A stretch of 64,000 nt of DNA from Zygnema circumcarinatum SAG 698-1b (Eukaryota > Plantae > Zygnematophyceae). Shown one piece after another: positions 33,355 to 63,680 of this stretch (its first letter is position 1; every line of letters begins with the position of its first letter). A program made the position numbers and the translations under genes. The notes below the pieces were generated by a model that ran no database searches, was not told the origin of the DNA, and saw only the letters and a list, made by a program, of their open reading frames with translations. Location of the stretch: contig CM074806.1 of the NCBI GenBank assembly GCA_037447605.1, positions 4,526,001 through 4,590,000 on the forward strand, read 5' to 3'.

Positions 33355-36225
33355 ATGGGCGGACTTTTCCCCCCAGAGGAGAAGGCAGCCAAGGGTGCCG
33401 GAGAAGATGGAGCAGGAGGCTTGCCTGTAGGTGGTCTTCCCTGTCCGGGCTTTGAGGGTTTCGAAAAGAGGCTGGAGGTAGAGTTCTGGGAAGTAGAAGT
33501 GGGAGGGGCAGTTGAAGTGGGAGAGGCGGAGGAGGGGCTTGGGCTCCGCCGAATGAAGAGGGAGGCGTTGGATGAGATGCTCACGGCTGCTGCTTGCACC
33601 ATTGTGTCTCACCTTCCGAACGAATATTTTGACTCGTACGTCCTCTCTGAGAGCAGTCTGTTCGTGTACCCGAAGAGGGTGGTTATCAAGACTTGTGGAA
33701 CGACGAAGCTGCTGAATGCTATTCCAAACCTTCTGAAGGCGGCGGAGGCGGTGGGATATCTTCCCCGGAGATGCAAGTATACTCGTGGAACCTTCATGTT
33801 TCCGGCGGCTCAGCCGAGCCCTCACAATTCTTTCGAGGAGGAAGCGAAAATTTTGGAGAAGCATTTTGGAAACTTGGGAGCGGGTGGAAAGGCGTTCGTG
33901 CTGGGAGATGCTTTGAAGTTTCCCAACTGGCACGTGTACGTGGCGGATATGCAGGCTGCTTCTAAGAAGTGTCAGGAGAAGGAGAAGCCACTCTTCACGT
34001 TGGAGATGTGCATGACGGAACTGGACAGGAAGGTGGCGGGACAGTTTTATCAGGAAGCAGGTTTTCAGTCCTCTGCCGATTGCACAAAGGTGTCGGGAAT
34101 TGGAGAGCTTCTCCCGAAATCTCACATTGATGATTTCCTCTTTGAGCCATGTGGGTATTCGATGAACGGCATCGAGGAGAACGCGCATTCGACCATCCAC
34201 ATCACGCCCGAGGATGGGTTCAGTTACGCATCGTTTGAGACTATGGGATACGGAAATGGAGGAACGGATCTTGGCAAGTTGGTGAAGGATGTTGCTACGA
34301 CTTTCAAGCCGGGGAAATTTTCCATTGCTTTGCATACAAATGGAGAGGTGGGACCGGAGGGACCTGGTTCTTGGGGAGGGAAGCTCCCTGTCTTGGAGAA
34401 TTACATATGTGAGGGAACTTCTCGACAGGAGCTTCCTCTAGGAGCTGCGGTTGTTTTCCACACATTTAAGGAAGTACATGGAGCTTCCGATGTCGAGCAG
34501 GCGGTGGCTCCACTCCCTCTCTATCAAGACGTGGGTCTCTTGCAGAAATTCGGAAAGTCGGAGGTTAATTTGAAGGAGTGTGTACCTCAGTTCGATGTTC
34601 ATTCGCCTGTGCACGACTCGTACAAGAAGTTTGGAGCAGCCGCTGCAAATGCGATCGCTTCGATTGAGCCAGTGTTGGTGGGGGCTGGGGCCACTGACAT
34701 TGACAATTATATTTCGGCTGTTATTGCCGGAACGAAGGCTGAGGAGGCGTTTTATGTGATGGACCTTGGAGTCGTCATGCAGTTGTGGAAGCTCTGGACG
34801 GAATCTATGCCGAGAGTGAAACCGTTTTATGCTGTGAAGTGTAATCCGGATCCTGCCCTTCTCTCTGTTCTCGCATCTCTAGGAACTGGCTTCGATGTGG
34901 CGAGTAAGGCAGAGTTGGATGCAGTGTTGCAAGCCGGGGTCTCTTCCGACCGCATGATTTATGCGAATCCCTGCAAGTTACCTTCTCACATCCGCGCTGC
35001 AGCAGAGAAGCAGGTGACTTTGACCACTTTTGACTCAGAGTCGGAGCTCTTTAAGCTAAAGAAGTATCATCCAGGAGCTGAAGCGGTGCTTCGAATCAGG
35101 GCGGACGACAGGGAAGCTCGATGTCCTCTTGGAGTGAAGTATGGTGCAGAAATGGAAGACTGTGAGGACCTGCTTAAGCTTGCGAAGAAGCTCGGAGTTA
35201 AGGTGGTGGGAGTGGCCTTCCATGTTGGAAGTGGAGCCTCCAATGGAGCTGCCTTTGCAGACGGGATAGAAGCAGCCCGCGAAATCTTTAACATGGGAGT
35301 GAAGTTGGGCATGGAGAAGATGTCCCTTTTGGATATCGGTGGAGGATTCACATCGAAAGGAGGTCATGGAGTGGGCTTCAACGCTGCAGCATCTGCTATC
35401 AACGCGGCTCTTGATTTGCATTTCCCGGAGAAGATGGGAGTGAAGGTGATTGCAGAGCCTGGGCGATTTTTTGCAGAGGCCCCAGTGACTCTCGCCACGC
35501 ATGTGTTCGGATCAAGATTCAGAGGGAAGGGGATGGATCGGACATACGAGTACTGGATCAATGACGGTATATACGGGTCTATGAATTGCCTCCTCTACGA
35601 TCACGCACAGCTCTCTACGCGCCCCCTCGCATCTCCAGGAAAGCTGCGGGAATCGAATGGGAAGCCATGGGTTGGGGAGAAGCTCTACCAATCGACCATT
35701 TTTGGACCCACTTGCGATGGACTGGATACTGTGCTTCGTGACGCGTGGCTCCCTCAGCTTGATTGCGGGGATGTGCTGGTAAGTAGACTTTTCCTAAAAT
35801 ATTTTTGTAAACTCTTGTTCGTAGTTTCTTCTTTTTTGTTTTCGTCTGGGCCGTCTTTTATTTCTCATCTGGTTGTAGAGACATTTCCGGAATCTCAAAC
35901 ACTTCCGGTTTGGTGAGTGTAGGTGTTCCCTCGCATGGGTGCATATACGCAGGCGGCAGGATCTTCGTTCAACGGATTCAGTACTGCAGATATTGGCACG
36001 TTCTATGTGTATTCGACGGAACCTAGTGAGAGCAGTGAGCTGCTGCTCGAGGGCCTGCAGGGAGAGAACGATAATGACAGCAGCTCTGGGGGAGATGAGT
36101 CGCTGGTGGAATTGTCCGGAGCCTTCGGAAGGGAGGGCGAAGGCAGCGGAGACTCTTCCTCAGACTTTGGGGATGCTCCAATGGACCAAGGGTTCAGCAG
36201 CGGTAGCGACGATGACTCGTTTTGA
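33355..36225 (+). CDS. SAMDC-ODC: Bifunctional S-adenosylmethionine decarboxylase (N-term) - ornithine decarboxylase (C-term) fusion, ~908 aa, 2 exons
   Basis: Exon 33355-35778 (808 codons) plus 35923-36225. AdoMetDC motifs: GFEGFEKRLEV, YVLSE|SSLFV, KTCGTT, FEPCGYSMNG, TIHITPEDGFSYASFE. ODC motifs: AFYVMDLG, PFYAVKCNP, YANPCK, FHVGSG, LDIGGGF, AEPGRFFA, NDGIYGSMNCLLYDHA, FGPTCDGLD, DVL|VFPRMGAYT, SFNGF. Confidence 0.97.
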
Positions 36226-37762
36226 GTGAGAGGGTTTACCAGCGATAGCGATGATGAAACGTTTTTGAGGGCTCAGTAGGGGTAGAAGCGATGAAGGGTT
36301 GTGAGAGTGGGGATTTCAGAGAGCAGCAGTTAGCAGCGGTTGGAGGGGGTGGACTGTTGGCAGAGGCCATACAGTGGAGGGTGTGGGGGTAGTAGGTAGA
36401 TAGAGTACTGTGGGTGGGTGAGAGGGGGTAACAATGTACCCCTCAAAGCTCTCTAGCACTTGCGTTTTTCGGTTTTTTCTATTGTCCTTTGTTTTTGGTT
36501 TGGTGGGAAAAAAATTAAAATATATATGATTTTTGTTGGGTTCATTTTCTTCGTCTCAAATGGGCTGATAATTCGTGGCAATGAAAAGATCAGAAAAAAA
36601 TGTCTTTCTTATTAGTCCATTTTGAAAAGTTCTCAACTATGGATCGGAATTTATGAAGTCTGCTGAACCTGCTCACATTCAATACGGAGAGTCAGACTTT
36701 GATTACTGAAAAAAAATCAAGTAAGCCTGTACGGAGGGAAAATAGAACACTCGTCGATACGGCAATTTTGTGCCGCGAATTTAGGAGAGTAATTTAGTAA
36801 CCTAGTAATTTAGTAACCTCCTCTATCTCCGGGCAATGTCTGAACCCCTTTTTCCACCCCGCCACGCTCTCTTTTGTCGCCACGCGCGAGAGAGGAGAGG
36901 CGTTCGCAAGTGCGTGGCGCGCATGGCGACGAGGCGCGACACGATTTCTCATCGGCGGAGTGCTAAATTTGCAATTCAGCGTCCTCCAGAGGTCCTGCGC
37001 TTGGGCATGCTGAATCAGCTTAATTCGGGCCCTTTTTGGAGGAATTTTAGTAGTCCCGGTAATCACGGAACGGTACAGACAGGTTTGGGGGAGCCGCGGT
37101 TTCCAACACGAATTTTTCAATCGAAATGAGTGCCTTTTAGCATACTAAATTCGGGAATTTAGTACGTGATGGTCAAAGTCTGACTCCCCCTAACGGAAAA
37201 TAAAAAAAGGACATGAATGGAAAAATATCAAAGGAAAGGCCTGAATGGAAAAAAAAAAACACCAAGGGGAGTGAAGAGTGGGAAAACGAATGGCAGAAAA
37301 AGAAAGAGATAGAGATAGGTAAGACAAATTTCATATCACAAAAAGTAAAGCAACCTTTTGTTAATATAACATTATTTGCCCTAAAACTCGGGCAACCTTT
37401 CATTTGGGCCCTAATCCCAGTCCATAAATTACCACTTCAAAGCCTTATTCCAGGCGGCTCCTCCGTCTACCGCTCTGAGGAAAAGCGTCTAAAGCACACA
37501 AGAAAGGGAGATAACAACAAAAGCCCCCCCAAGTCTACAGCGTTCAGATGTACAAATCAGAAAAATCACTGACCCTAAACCCCTAAAACCTTCAACCCCT
37601 AAAACCCCTAAAAGCCCTAAAAGCCCTAACAAGCCACCATCATCCTCCGCACGCCACACTTTCCTCAACAACCACCACTCTCCACTTCCACCCTCAGCAC
37701 TCCGCTGAACCCTAAACCCCAAACCCTAATTTTCCCTCGCCTCCCCTCCCTTTACCGACTAA

Positions 37763-53868
<16,106 letters not shown>

Positions 53869-55800
53869 GCTGTGATGCGACTGCAGCTTCTCCCACGAAG
53901 AAAGAGAGAGAGTGTCACCACATTCCCCTCGGGATCCCTTCTCGCCTCCCTCTCGCGATCATCTCCCTCTATAGCTAAAGAGCCTCTCACCTCCTCTAAC
54001 AGAGAAGGAGACTCCGTCCTCGTGCTGCCAGCTGGCAACTCAGCTAGTGCCGCGACTCTGACTTCCTGAGCTCAAGAAAAGCGGGAAAGAGAGAGATGAC
54101 GCGAGAAGGAGAGGGCAAAAGAGAGAGAGAGAGAGGGAGAGGGAGAGGGAGAGCGAGAGAGGAAGCGGGAGAGAGAGAGCGTGGGAGGGAGCGGGAGGGA
54201 GGGAGAGAATGTGAGGTGATTGCCTTGGAGAGGAGAAGAGTGAGCAGAGAGTCCCAAAATTAGGGCTGGAAGTGGCCTTTCCATGTGACAGTTGCGCGTT
54301 ATGATGTCTACAACGGGACTGGCGACATAAAACTTGGACCGTGGCGGCACGCGAGTGGTCTTCGTGCAACCAATGAAGCTGTGCCACGGCAACTACCGCT
54401 CGCGTTCCATTGGCCGACAGACGATCCTAATGCCACGTGACTCTGTCTGATTGGGCACCGACTTCTGTTGACAACGGCGCGTAGGAACTTCGTTGACTTC
54501 AGATTCTGCATCTGCGAGCCGTTCCATGTCGCCGTTGGTTCCAACGGGAGCTGTGAAACTGTGGCTGTGAAACAGTAGCGCATGTGAAAAGTTTGCGCTC
54601 GACGAAACCTCGAGGAATGGCAATGGTTCCAATCGTTGGATTACAAGCGTTGGCAATGAGCTAGGGTTCTGCCAATAGTTGGCATAGGCTCAAATCAACG
54701 GATCCAGTGATTTGACCTACGCCATTGGAAGTCTTCACTCCTAGGCAACCATTGGTTGGCAGCCCTAGCCAACTATTGGCTATGGTTCCAACCATTGGTG
54801 ACAAATCGATTGGCCACCAATGGCTTTGAATGTACCGTTGCACAGTGACTTCAGTACAAAGGAATGCATGTGATCATCCGTTCTACAGTGAGCCGTTTCT
54901 CAGTTCTGTAAATCATTACTAAAAACCTGGTGTGCTGCTTCATATCCAGTTTTTTAAACTTCAGAGGACGCTGGTTTTCCACTGGGATCCCGGCTTGTGG
55001 ACACGTCACACGTGGCATAGGGTCATTTGCCAACCGAACATTTAAAAAAAAAAAAGTTTTTTTTTCAAGCCCGCAAACTGATCATCAGAAAATTTGTGAC
55101 GTCAGCAAGCGTCAGAAAGTTGTAAATCTTTGGACAGCACAATGGAGAAAGGAACTTTTTAATTTGAGACCAGTTTGGAAACTGGGCGCACATGAAGACA
55201 AAAAAAACCTTAATTAACTGAGAGCTTCACATGGAACTGCGTATTCAGTTGAAAAGTTAAACTGAACAGTTTCTATGATCAAGAGGAGTTTCGCTTGCAA
55301 CAGAACTGAAACTGACATAGAAATGTCACAACGGGAACATGGAAACCAACAACCCTAATTCGAGTCTTTTTTTTTAAACCCTGGGAGGGGTTCAAGGCTC
55401 AGTGGTTTCAGATGCAAAGGTTTTCTGTACAATGAATGGAACCCTAAATACCGGAACCCTAATCCTTGTCAGCCTGACGATCATGCACCCCAACCAAATG
55501 AATTTCAAAAAAAAAAAAAAAAAAAAATTCAAGAAATAATAGCACCCAACTGCAAAGTTCTGCCCCTGGAACTAATCCGACTGTATTCCTTCAAAATGAG
55601 GAAAAGAAAAGAAATAGAAAAGGGAAAAGGGAAAAGGGATGAGGGAAGCGGACTGTAGAGGGAGAGGGAGAGAGGAGCAGGGGCAGGGAGAGGGAGAGGG
55701 AGATGGAGAAAGGAGCAGGAGCAGGGAGAGGGAGAGGGAGAGGGAGAGAGGAGCAGGAGCAGGGAGATGGAGATGGAGAGGGAGAGGGAGCAGGAGCTAT

Positions 55801-57402
55801 TCAATCGGAGGCCACCAACTCCTTCAAAAGGTCGATCACTTTGTCGATGGAGGGGTCGTTCTGCGCGCCGGCGATGCATGCATGGCTCAATATTTTTGAG
55901 ATTTCAGTTTTTCTTTCTCCATTTTTTCTCAATCATTTGGATTTGACATGTATTATTATGTTCGGCTCAAGCTTGACGATGAGCCGTGAAAGTGTTCTAT
56001 GGCTTTGCCTTTCAAACACTCCCCAAACCCTAAAACCTTCAAACCCTACATCCCTGCAACCTTGGAAGGAGTTTCGACAGAAGGAGAATGAAAGCAGGGA
56101 GGGGTCACTCACCAAGAGCACGATGTCGAACGCCTCCAAATAACTCTCGAGCTGCTGCTCCACATTGTCATTCCTTTTCTCTCCAACACACAAGAAGGAT
56201 CTCAAATTAGGGCTTCAATTATATCCAGTTGGAAAACCCTAAATAAGTAAACCATAACATCCTAATGACCACTTTAACCTTAAGAAAACATAAATATCTG
56301 GAGTAGTGAGACACTACACCTTGAAAACTCTAAAATACGTAAACCCTTACAGAATGATGAAACAGGTAACCCTAATTTCACATAAACATCTCCAGTCATA
56401 AGGCCTTACACCCTGCAAACCCTAAAAGTCTTAAAGTCCGTAACCCTAATAATCTATTGACCTCCAAAACCCTAAAAACTGAAACGATCACTCCTCATCT
56501 CACACAAGCAGATATGCAAAAAAACGTTCTAGTTTTGATAATCCAAAGTGTTTATGAAATCAAATGCTTTACAGATAAGCTCTAAGAGATTAGGGTTTGG
56601 CAGATGAACAGAAGGTTTAGATTTTCCGGTTTAACAGTTCTATGAAGCTCCTGTTAAAGCTTTGAAAGCTGAGCCAAAAACAATAGGAAGGCTGCAGCAT
56701 TTTGGATTTGGCTTGAAGGAATTTGCTCACAAGAACCCAATTGTAATTCTGTGGTCGTAATTTACTCCATCCGACATTTTCAAGTCGCCCAAATGGTCGC
56801 CCAAGAGCACAACGTTGGTTCTATGCAGGACCTCCTCCGTTTCCGTTGAGTCCATGCCGACCGTTTCCGTTACCGAAGCCGTTGAATTCAGTTCTAACGC
56901 ATGCTCGTTTTTGTTGAGCACATGGATCACACGTCCTGAACCACCACCCCATTTATAGCGCGCCATTATAATCCTTCATTATTGTAATACCCTTACATCT
57001 GTGGGCATGTACTTCTCAAAAAAATCGAACAGTGGATAGGTCTTCCCTTTGATCCATTCAAATACTCGAAAGCAATTTAGATTATTTAAGATTTTTCAGC
57101 TTCTTTCGAGTTTTTAGAGATAGAATGACATCCGGCCCCACTAACTACACTTGGAACAAGAAAGGTTTTCTTTCTTTATGATTGGAAAATGTGAAGAAGA
57201 GAGAGAAGGGTATTGGTGGATAAGGCACAAACCTTTAAACCCCACCAGCCGGCCGCTGCTATCGAATTCCATTCGGTTTGAAATAACGCGAACATTTTCA
57301 AATTTGCGCTTCAGTTTTTGTTTCAAAACCTGCAGGTAAAGTTTGGCACGAGGAGAGGAGTTGGAGAGGGATGAAGAGAGAGAGAAAGAGAGAGAGAGAG
57401 AG

Positions 57403-57447
<45 letters not shown>

Positions 57448-59723
57448 ATATATCTTCTGGAGTTCCTTATGGGACGAAAAAATTCTCAGCAAAGCAGTCT
57501 GACTTGGAAAATTCCCAAACTCGAATATATTCATGAAAATCCTAAACGCCAAGACCATAAAACAACCCTAAAACCGAAAAACTAAAACTTCAATTTAACT
57601 CAAATTTGGTTTGCAGTAGAAATAGCCGACCTCTTCGATGATGTCAGCAAGGCCTGCTGAAAAGATGAGTACGGGTACGCCGTGACGCTGCGTTCACCAA
57701 CCGTACCGTGTCATCGTTACACAGACACAGAGGGAGAGGGAGAGGGAGAGGGAGAGGGAGAGGGAGAGGGAGAGGAGAGACGGAAAGAGAGAAGAGAGAA
57801 AGGCACAACCATGCCCTTTGTTTGTTGGCTCAGAAAACGAAAAGGTAAAGCTACAGGCCAGATGGCGGAGGACCTATCACTCGCATCGGAACTCGTATTC
57901 CCAAAGAATTGTCTTGACTCAGGAAACGCTTTTCAGGTCATTCGAGTTTTCTAATGTTCAGACTTTGAGGGTTTCGATGTTCACATTTAGCAGTTCGAAC
58001 ATTTGTGCCGACTTCTCTCGAAATCCGATGTTTGCATTGGCCACCGACCGCTGAATGGCCTGCATAGTGAGGCCGCCCTTTACTATCAGACGGTGCGATT
58101 CAGCCCACCTGCATAGAAGAGAGGGAGGGAGAGGATCTCATAGCAGGAGGGAGAGAGTGAGAGAGAGCGGGGGGGGAGAGTGAGAGAGTGGGGAGAATGG
58201 GAGAGAGAAGTACGCCAGAGAAAGACGAGAGGGGGAGAAAGACGGATGGGAGAGAGATATGGAGGGAGGGGAATTTTCGAGCTTCCCAAGTTTTAGGGTT
58301 CCACGTTTTTCGGGTTTTTCAAGCTTGAAAGGCCGTCAGGATGTTCTACTGTTAACCATGCGCTATAAGCTTTCTACAAAATTATTAAACATTCTAAAGG
58401 TTCCAAAATTTCAAAGGTCGCTGATTCTGTTTAACATGTGTAGGTTTCACTACATTTTAGAGTTTGCAGAGTTTACCATTCCTCCATGAATACAAGCTTT
58501 TCCTCGAATGAAATCGTGGCGTCAATTTCTTTTGGATAATACTTCGCGTGAAGTATGCGTCGATCTTCATTCACCGCTTCGTCTTCCGTTGTCACAAGCG
58601 AATGGCAGCCTGAAAATAAGTAAAGAAGCACAAATAGGCATATGATTAGATAAAAAAAAACCATGCAAATAAAACACTCGAGGGTTTTAACGCTACGTAG
58701 TCTAAGAATGTAGCCTATTGCTGCTGCAAAAATCCGCAAATCTCGCCGCCGGATTTAAAAAAAAAAAAACAGTTCTTTCCACCAAGAACATAAACCATAG
58801 CGCCTGCAGTCTCGGAAAAGTTAAGAGAAGAGGGGAAAGAGGAGAAAAGAACAGCCTTTTTAGTATAACATAGATATCCTTTTCGAACTCTTTCCTTTTT
58901 CCATCTCTCCCTTTCCCCGCCTCCCCTTCCTCTTCCTCTCTCCCCCTCCCTCCTTCCCCCGTTTCGCACTCTTTTCTCTCTCTCTCTCTCGCTTACTATT
59001 GTGCAACTTCACTTACTCTGTCCTCGCTTTCCATTGAACACAAACTTAGTCAGCGTCATGTCGAAATCTGCGATCACCTGAAAAATCCGGAGAGGATAAA
59101 AATAGAACATTCAAAACTCAAAATTTTATCTCCAACCCTAATCCTAACCCTAACCTAACCCTTTATGATCTTGACCGCAATAAAGCGAGAAATCATTTGA
59201 ACAAACAGATAGCGAAACCTTTCCCATTTTATTCCTTCTTTACTCATTCAGATATTCTCCATTTACTCCAGAAAGAAAGTCCCTTTTTTTCATATTCACG
59301 TACTTGAAGCTTCTTCGTGCCGGCCTGCTTTATCGCCTGCTTTTTCCTCTCCAGCTCGGCGAAATCTCTTATTAAAATGCCTTCATTTCTGTCCGTCAAA
59401 CCTTTTAAATCTCCTTCTCCGACATCCATCTGTTTGTGGCCCATCTCTTCAGATACGGACAATATATTTTCAATTGCAGCTCCTTCTGCTGCTGTTGCTG
59501 CTACTGGCGCTGCTAATGCTCGTCTTGAAACACTCGCATTCAAATATTTCAATCCATTTTTTTGTTCTCCAAAGTTTGCATTTATAGATAATGGCGAATT
59601 CAAACTGTAAATACTCCGTGAAATAGAGAAGAGATTTGCGCCTGGACTGCTTCTGAATATCTGCTGCGAAATGATGCTGCGCGCAGAGAGAAGGAGGCTG
59701 CAGCTCATCCTCCGGCCCCGCAT
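55801..59723 (-). CDS. Cytosolic/pyrimidine 5'-nucleotidase III (HAD family, cN-III/UMPH-1-like) with N-terminal extension
   Basis: KKLQ|VIADFDMTLTKF (DxDxT motif), YYPKEIDATISFEEKLVFMEEW|WAESH, HGVPVLIFSAGLADIIEE, VISNRMEFD, IHVLNKNEH, NVVLLGDHLGDLKMSDG, IGFL|NDNVEQQLESYLEAFDIVLL|NDPSIDKVIDLLKELVASD*. The start codon is tentative. Confidence 0.92.
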
Positions 59724-60635
59724 CTCTCAAACACTTTCAGACTTTAGCAATAAGACACAAAAAAAAGAAAACATATTTTCAGATTCAGATTCATTTGCAG
59801 TTCAGAAAGCAATGTATCATAGCTGAAAGCATTTCCCAAATTTCTTTCAAAATTTCCTTATCGCTTTGCGGGATCTTCCAACGACAACTGGCTCAAGGCT
59901 ATAGAAGTGTGCCTCTACCGCGAGGCTATAGGTCAGAAAATATAACCAATCACAAACACCACGTGTCCAATATTATGACATGGCGCCCTCCGATTGGCTG
60001 TAAAATAATCACAGCTCTCGCATACCAAATACCTTCACAGGGGAAAAACTGGGAACGGTTTCTATGTGAATATTATCAAGCGCAGTTTCACAGTGAACTG
60101 AACAAGCTCATAGAACGTGCGCAGAATCTCAGCCGTCGCGCAAATGCGACAAAAAATTGAATCGAACGGCTCCACGAGCTCTTTTCGCCAGACGGCCGTT
60201 ATCGCAAGTGTGAAAGACAGTGAGAAAAAAGCGAAGGACATCGTCGTTCCACCGCTATTAGCAGAATTCCGATCGACGGCAGAGAATACGTTGACCAAAT
60301 GCATGACCAAAGTAGTCACTAAAGCCTCCAATCCCTCACTGACCGGAAAGATTAACCACACAAGACCACCTCTGTGACTAAAAAACGAATGAATCTTGGT
60401 GAAAAACCGATCAGGCACAGAGAGCAGCAAGTGCAGGACATTCAACTTCCAGCTTTGTCGGAATTTTTGTTTTGTTTTGTTTTTTAATTTGTAAACTACC
60501 TGCAAACTTCGAATTTTGAGACCTAAAGAATGCAGAAATTTTATAAACACTTAAAAAAAAAAAAATTAAACTTTTGGTAACCTTGACAGCAACATTTTCC
60601 GTTCCATGGAAACAGGTCCTCTCCCTTTCTCTGGG

Positions 60636-62292
<1,657 letters not shown>

Positions 62293-63234
62293 GGCTCCCT
62301 CCTCCCGCTCTCTCTCTCACTCCCCCCCCTCTCTCTCTCTCCCCGCGTGCCCTCTCGAGCTCCACTCGCTTTCTCTCCCTCCCTTTTTGTTGCTCCCCTC
62401 TTCCTCTCTCTCCCTTCTCTCTCTCTCTCTCCCACAACCCCTTCCTCCACTCACTCTCTCTCCCTCTCTCTCTCTCCCTCTCTATCTTTCCCCTCTCTCT
62501 CTCGCGCCCCTCTCCTTCTCCCCCTCTCTCTCGCGCTTCACTCCCCTTCCCTCGCTGGTTCTCTCTCGTCCCCCCTGCCTCTCGTCCCGATACATCTCGC
62601 CCATTCGATTCTCTCGATATATTCCGCATATGCAGACTATCGAATCTAACAGTATATTCGATATTGTAGATATTATCAATATATTCGATGTCGTCTTATC
62701 ATTCACACGTACGATTTCTATCGCGAAGCGTATTGGGTAGATATTATTGTGCACATGCCGATATCGTTCACCGATATCGAGATTCTGTGATCGATTTTCC
62801 AAAATTATTCTTAATGTTCATCGGACGGCTCTGAGCGGTCTTTTGACGATCCAACGGTCGACGGAACCTGAAAAAATTTCTGGTTTTTTGAGGCCGTTGG
62901 ATGGGATGGTCACTGAGATCGGACGGCTCGGCGGGCGTTCGTGCCCTGTCAGGAAGGTCAAGAAAAGTCAAGATTCACTGTTATTTGGAGACGTGGTACA
63001 CCGCCAAGGCCGCCGATCTTCCATCATGGCGTGCCCACGTGTCTCAGCCGAGCGGTGATCTCGAACGTCTATCCACTTTCGATCGATCAGATTGACGGTC
63101 AGGGTCGTCCGGCGTCCCTCCCGTTATCGCCCCCTCCGCCTCCCCTTCATGAGCGAGAGGACCTCCTCCATCTCCGCCATGGCTTCCCTCCTTGAGCTTG
63201 ACCTCCGCTTGCATGACACGTGGCGCTTCCTCCG

Positions 63235-63680
63235 AGAGGAGAGTACAGGAGAGGAGAGGAGAGGAGAGGAGAGTACAGGATAGGAGAGGAGGCGAAAGGA
63301 GAGGAGAGGAGAGGAGAGGAGAGGAGAGGAGAGGAGGGTAGGGGAGGGGAGAGGAGGGGAGAGGCGAGGGGAGAGCGGATAGGAGAGGGAGTTATTGGAG
63401 TCAATAGGAAGGGAGAGGAGAGGGGAGAGGAGGAGAGGAGGGGAGGAGAGGAGGGGAGGCGAGAGGAGAGGAGAGGGGGGGAGGCGAAAGGAGAGGATAG
63501 GATAGGAGAAGAGAGGAGAGGAGAGGAGAGGAGAGGAAAGGAGAGGAGAGGAGAGGAGAGGAGAGGAGAGGAGAGGAGAGGAGAGGAGGGGAGAGGAGAG
63601 GGGAGAGAGGAGAGGATGGGAGGGGAGGCGAGAGGAGAAGAGAGGAGGGGAGGCGAGAGGAGAGGAGAGGGGATTCGAAG
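63235..63680. repeat. Degenerate (GAGGA)n pentamer repeat
   Basis: gaggagaggagaggagag runs with variants. Confidence 0.9.

Noticed and set aside
34700-36020. ODC half as an inactive antizyme inhibitor, or as ADC/DAPDC
   Set aside because: The PLP Lys, catalytic Cys and eukaryotic ODC-specific motifs are intact, and the length and motifs do not fit ADC or DAPDC.
33355-36225. Fusion as apicomplexan contamination or horizontal transfer
   Set aside because: The plant-type uORF leader, GT-AG introns like those of host genes, moderate GC and absence of Plasmodium-style Asn-rich inserts argue for native origin (phylogeny not run).
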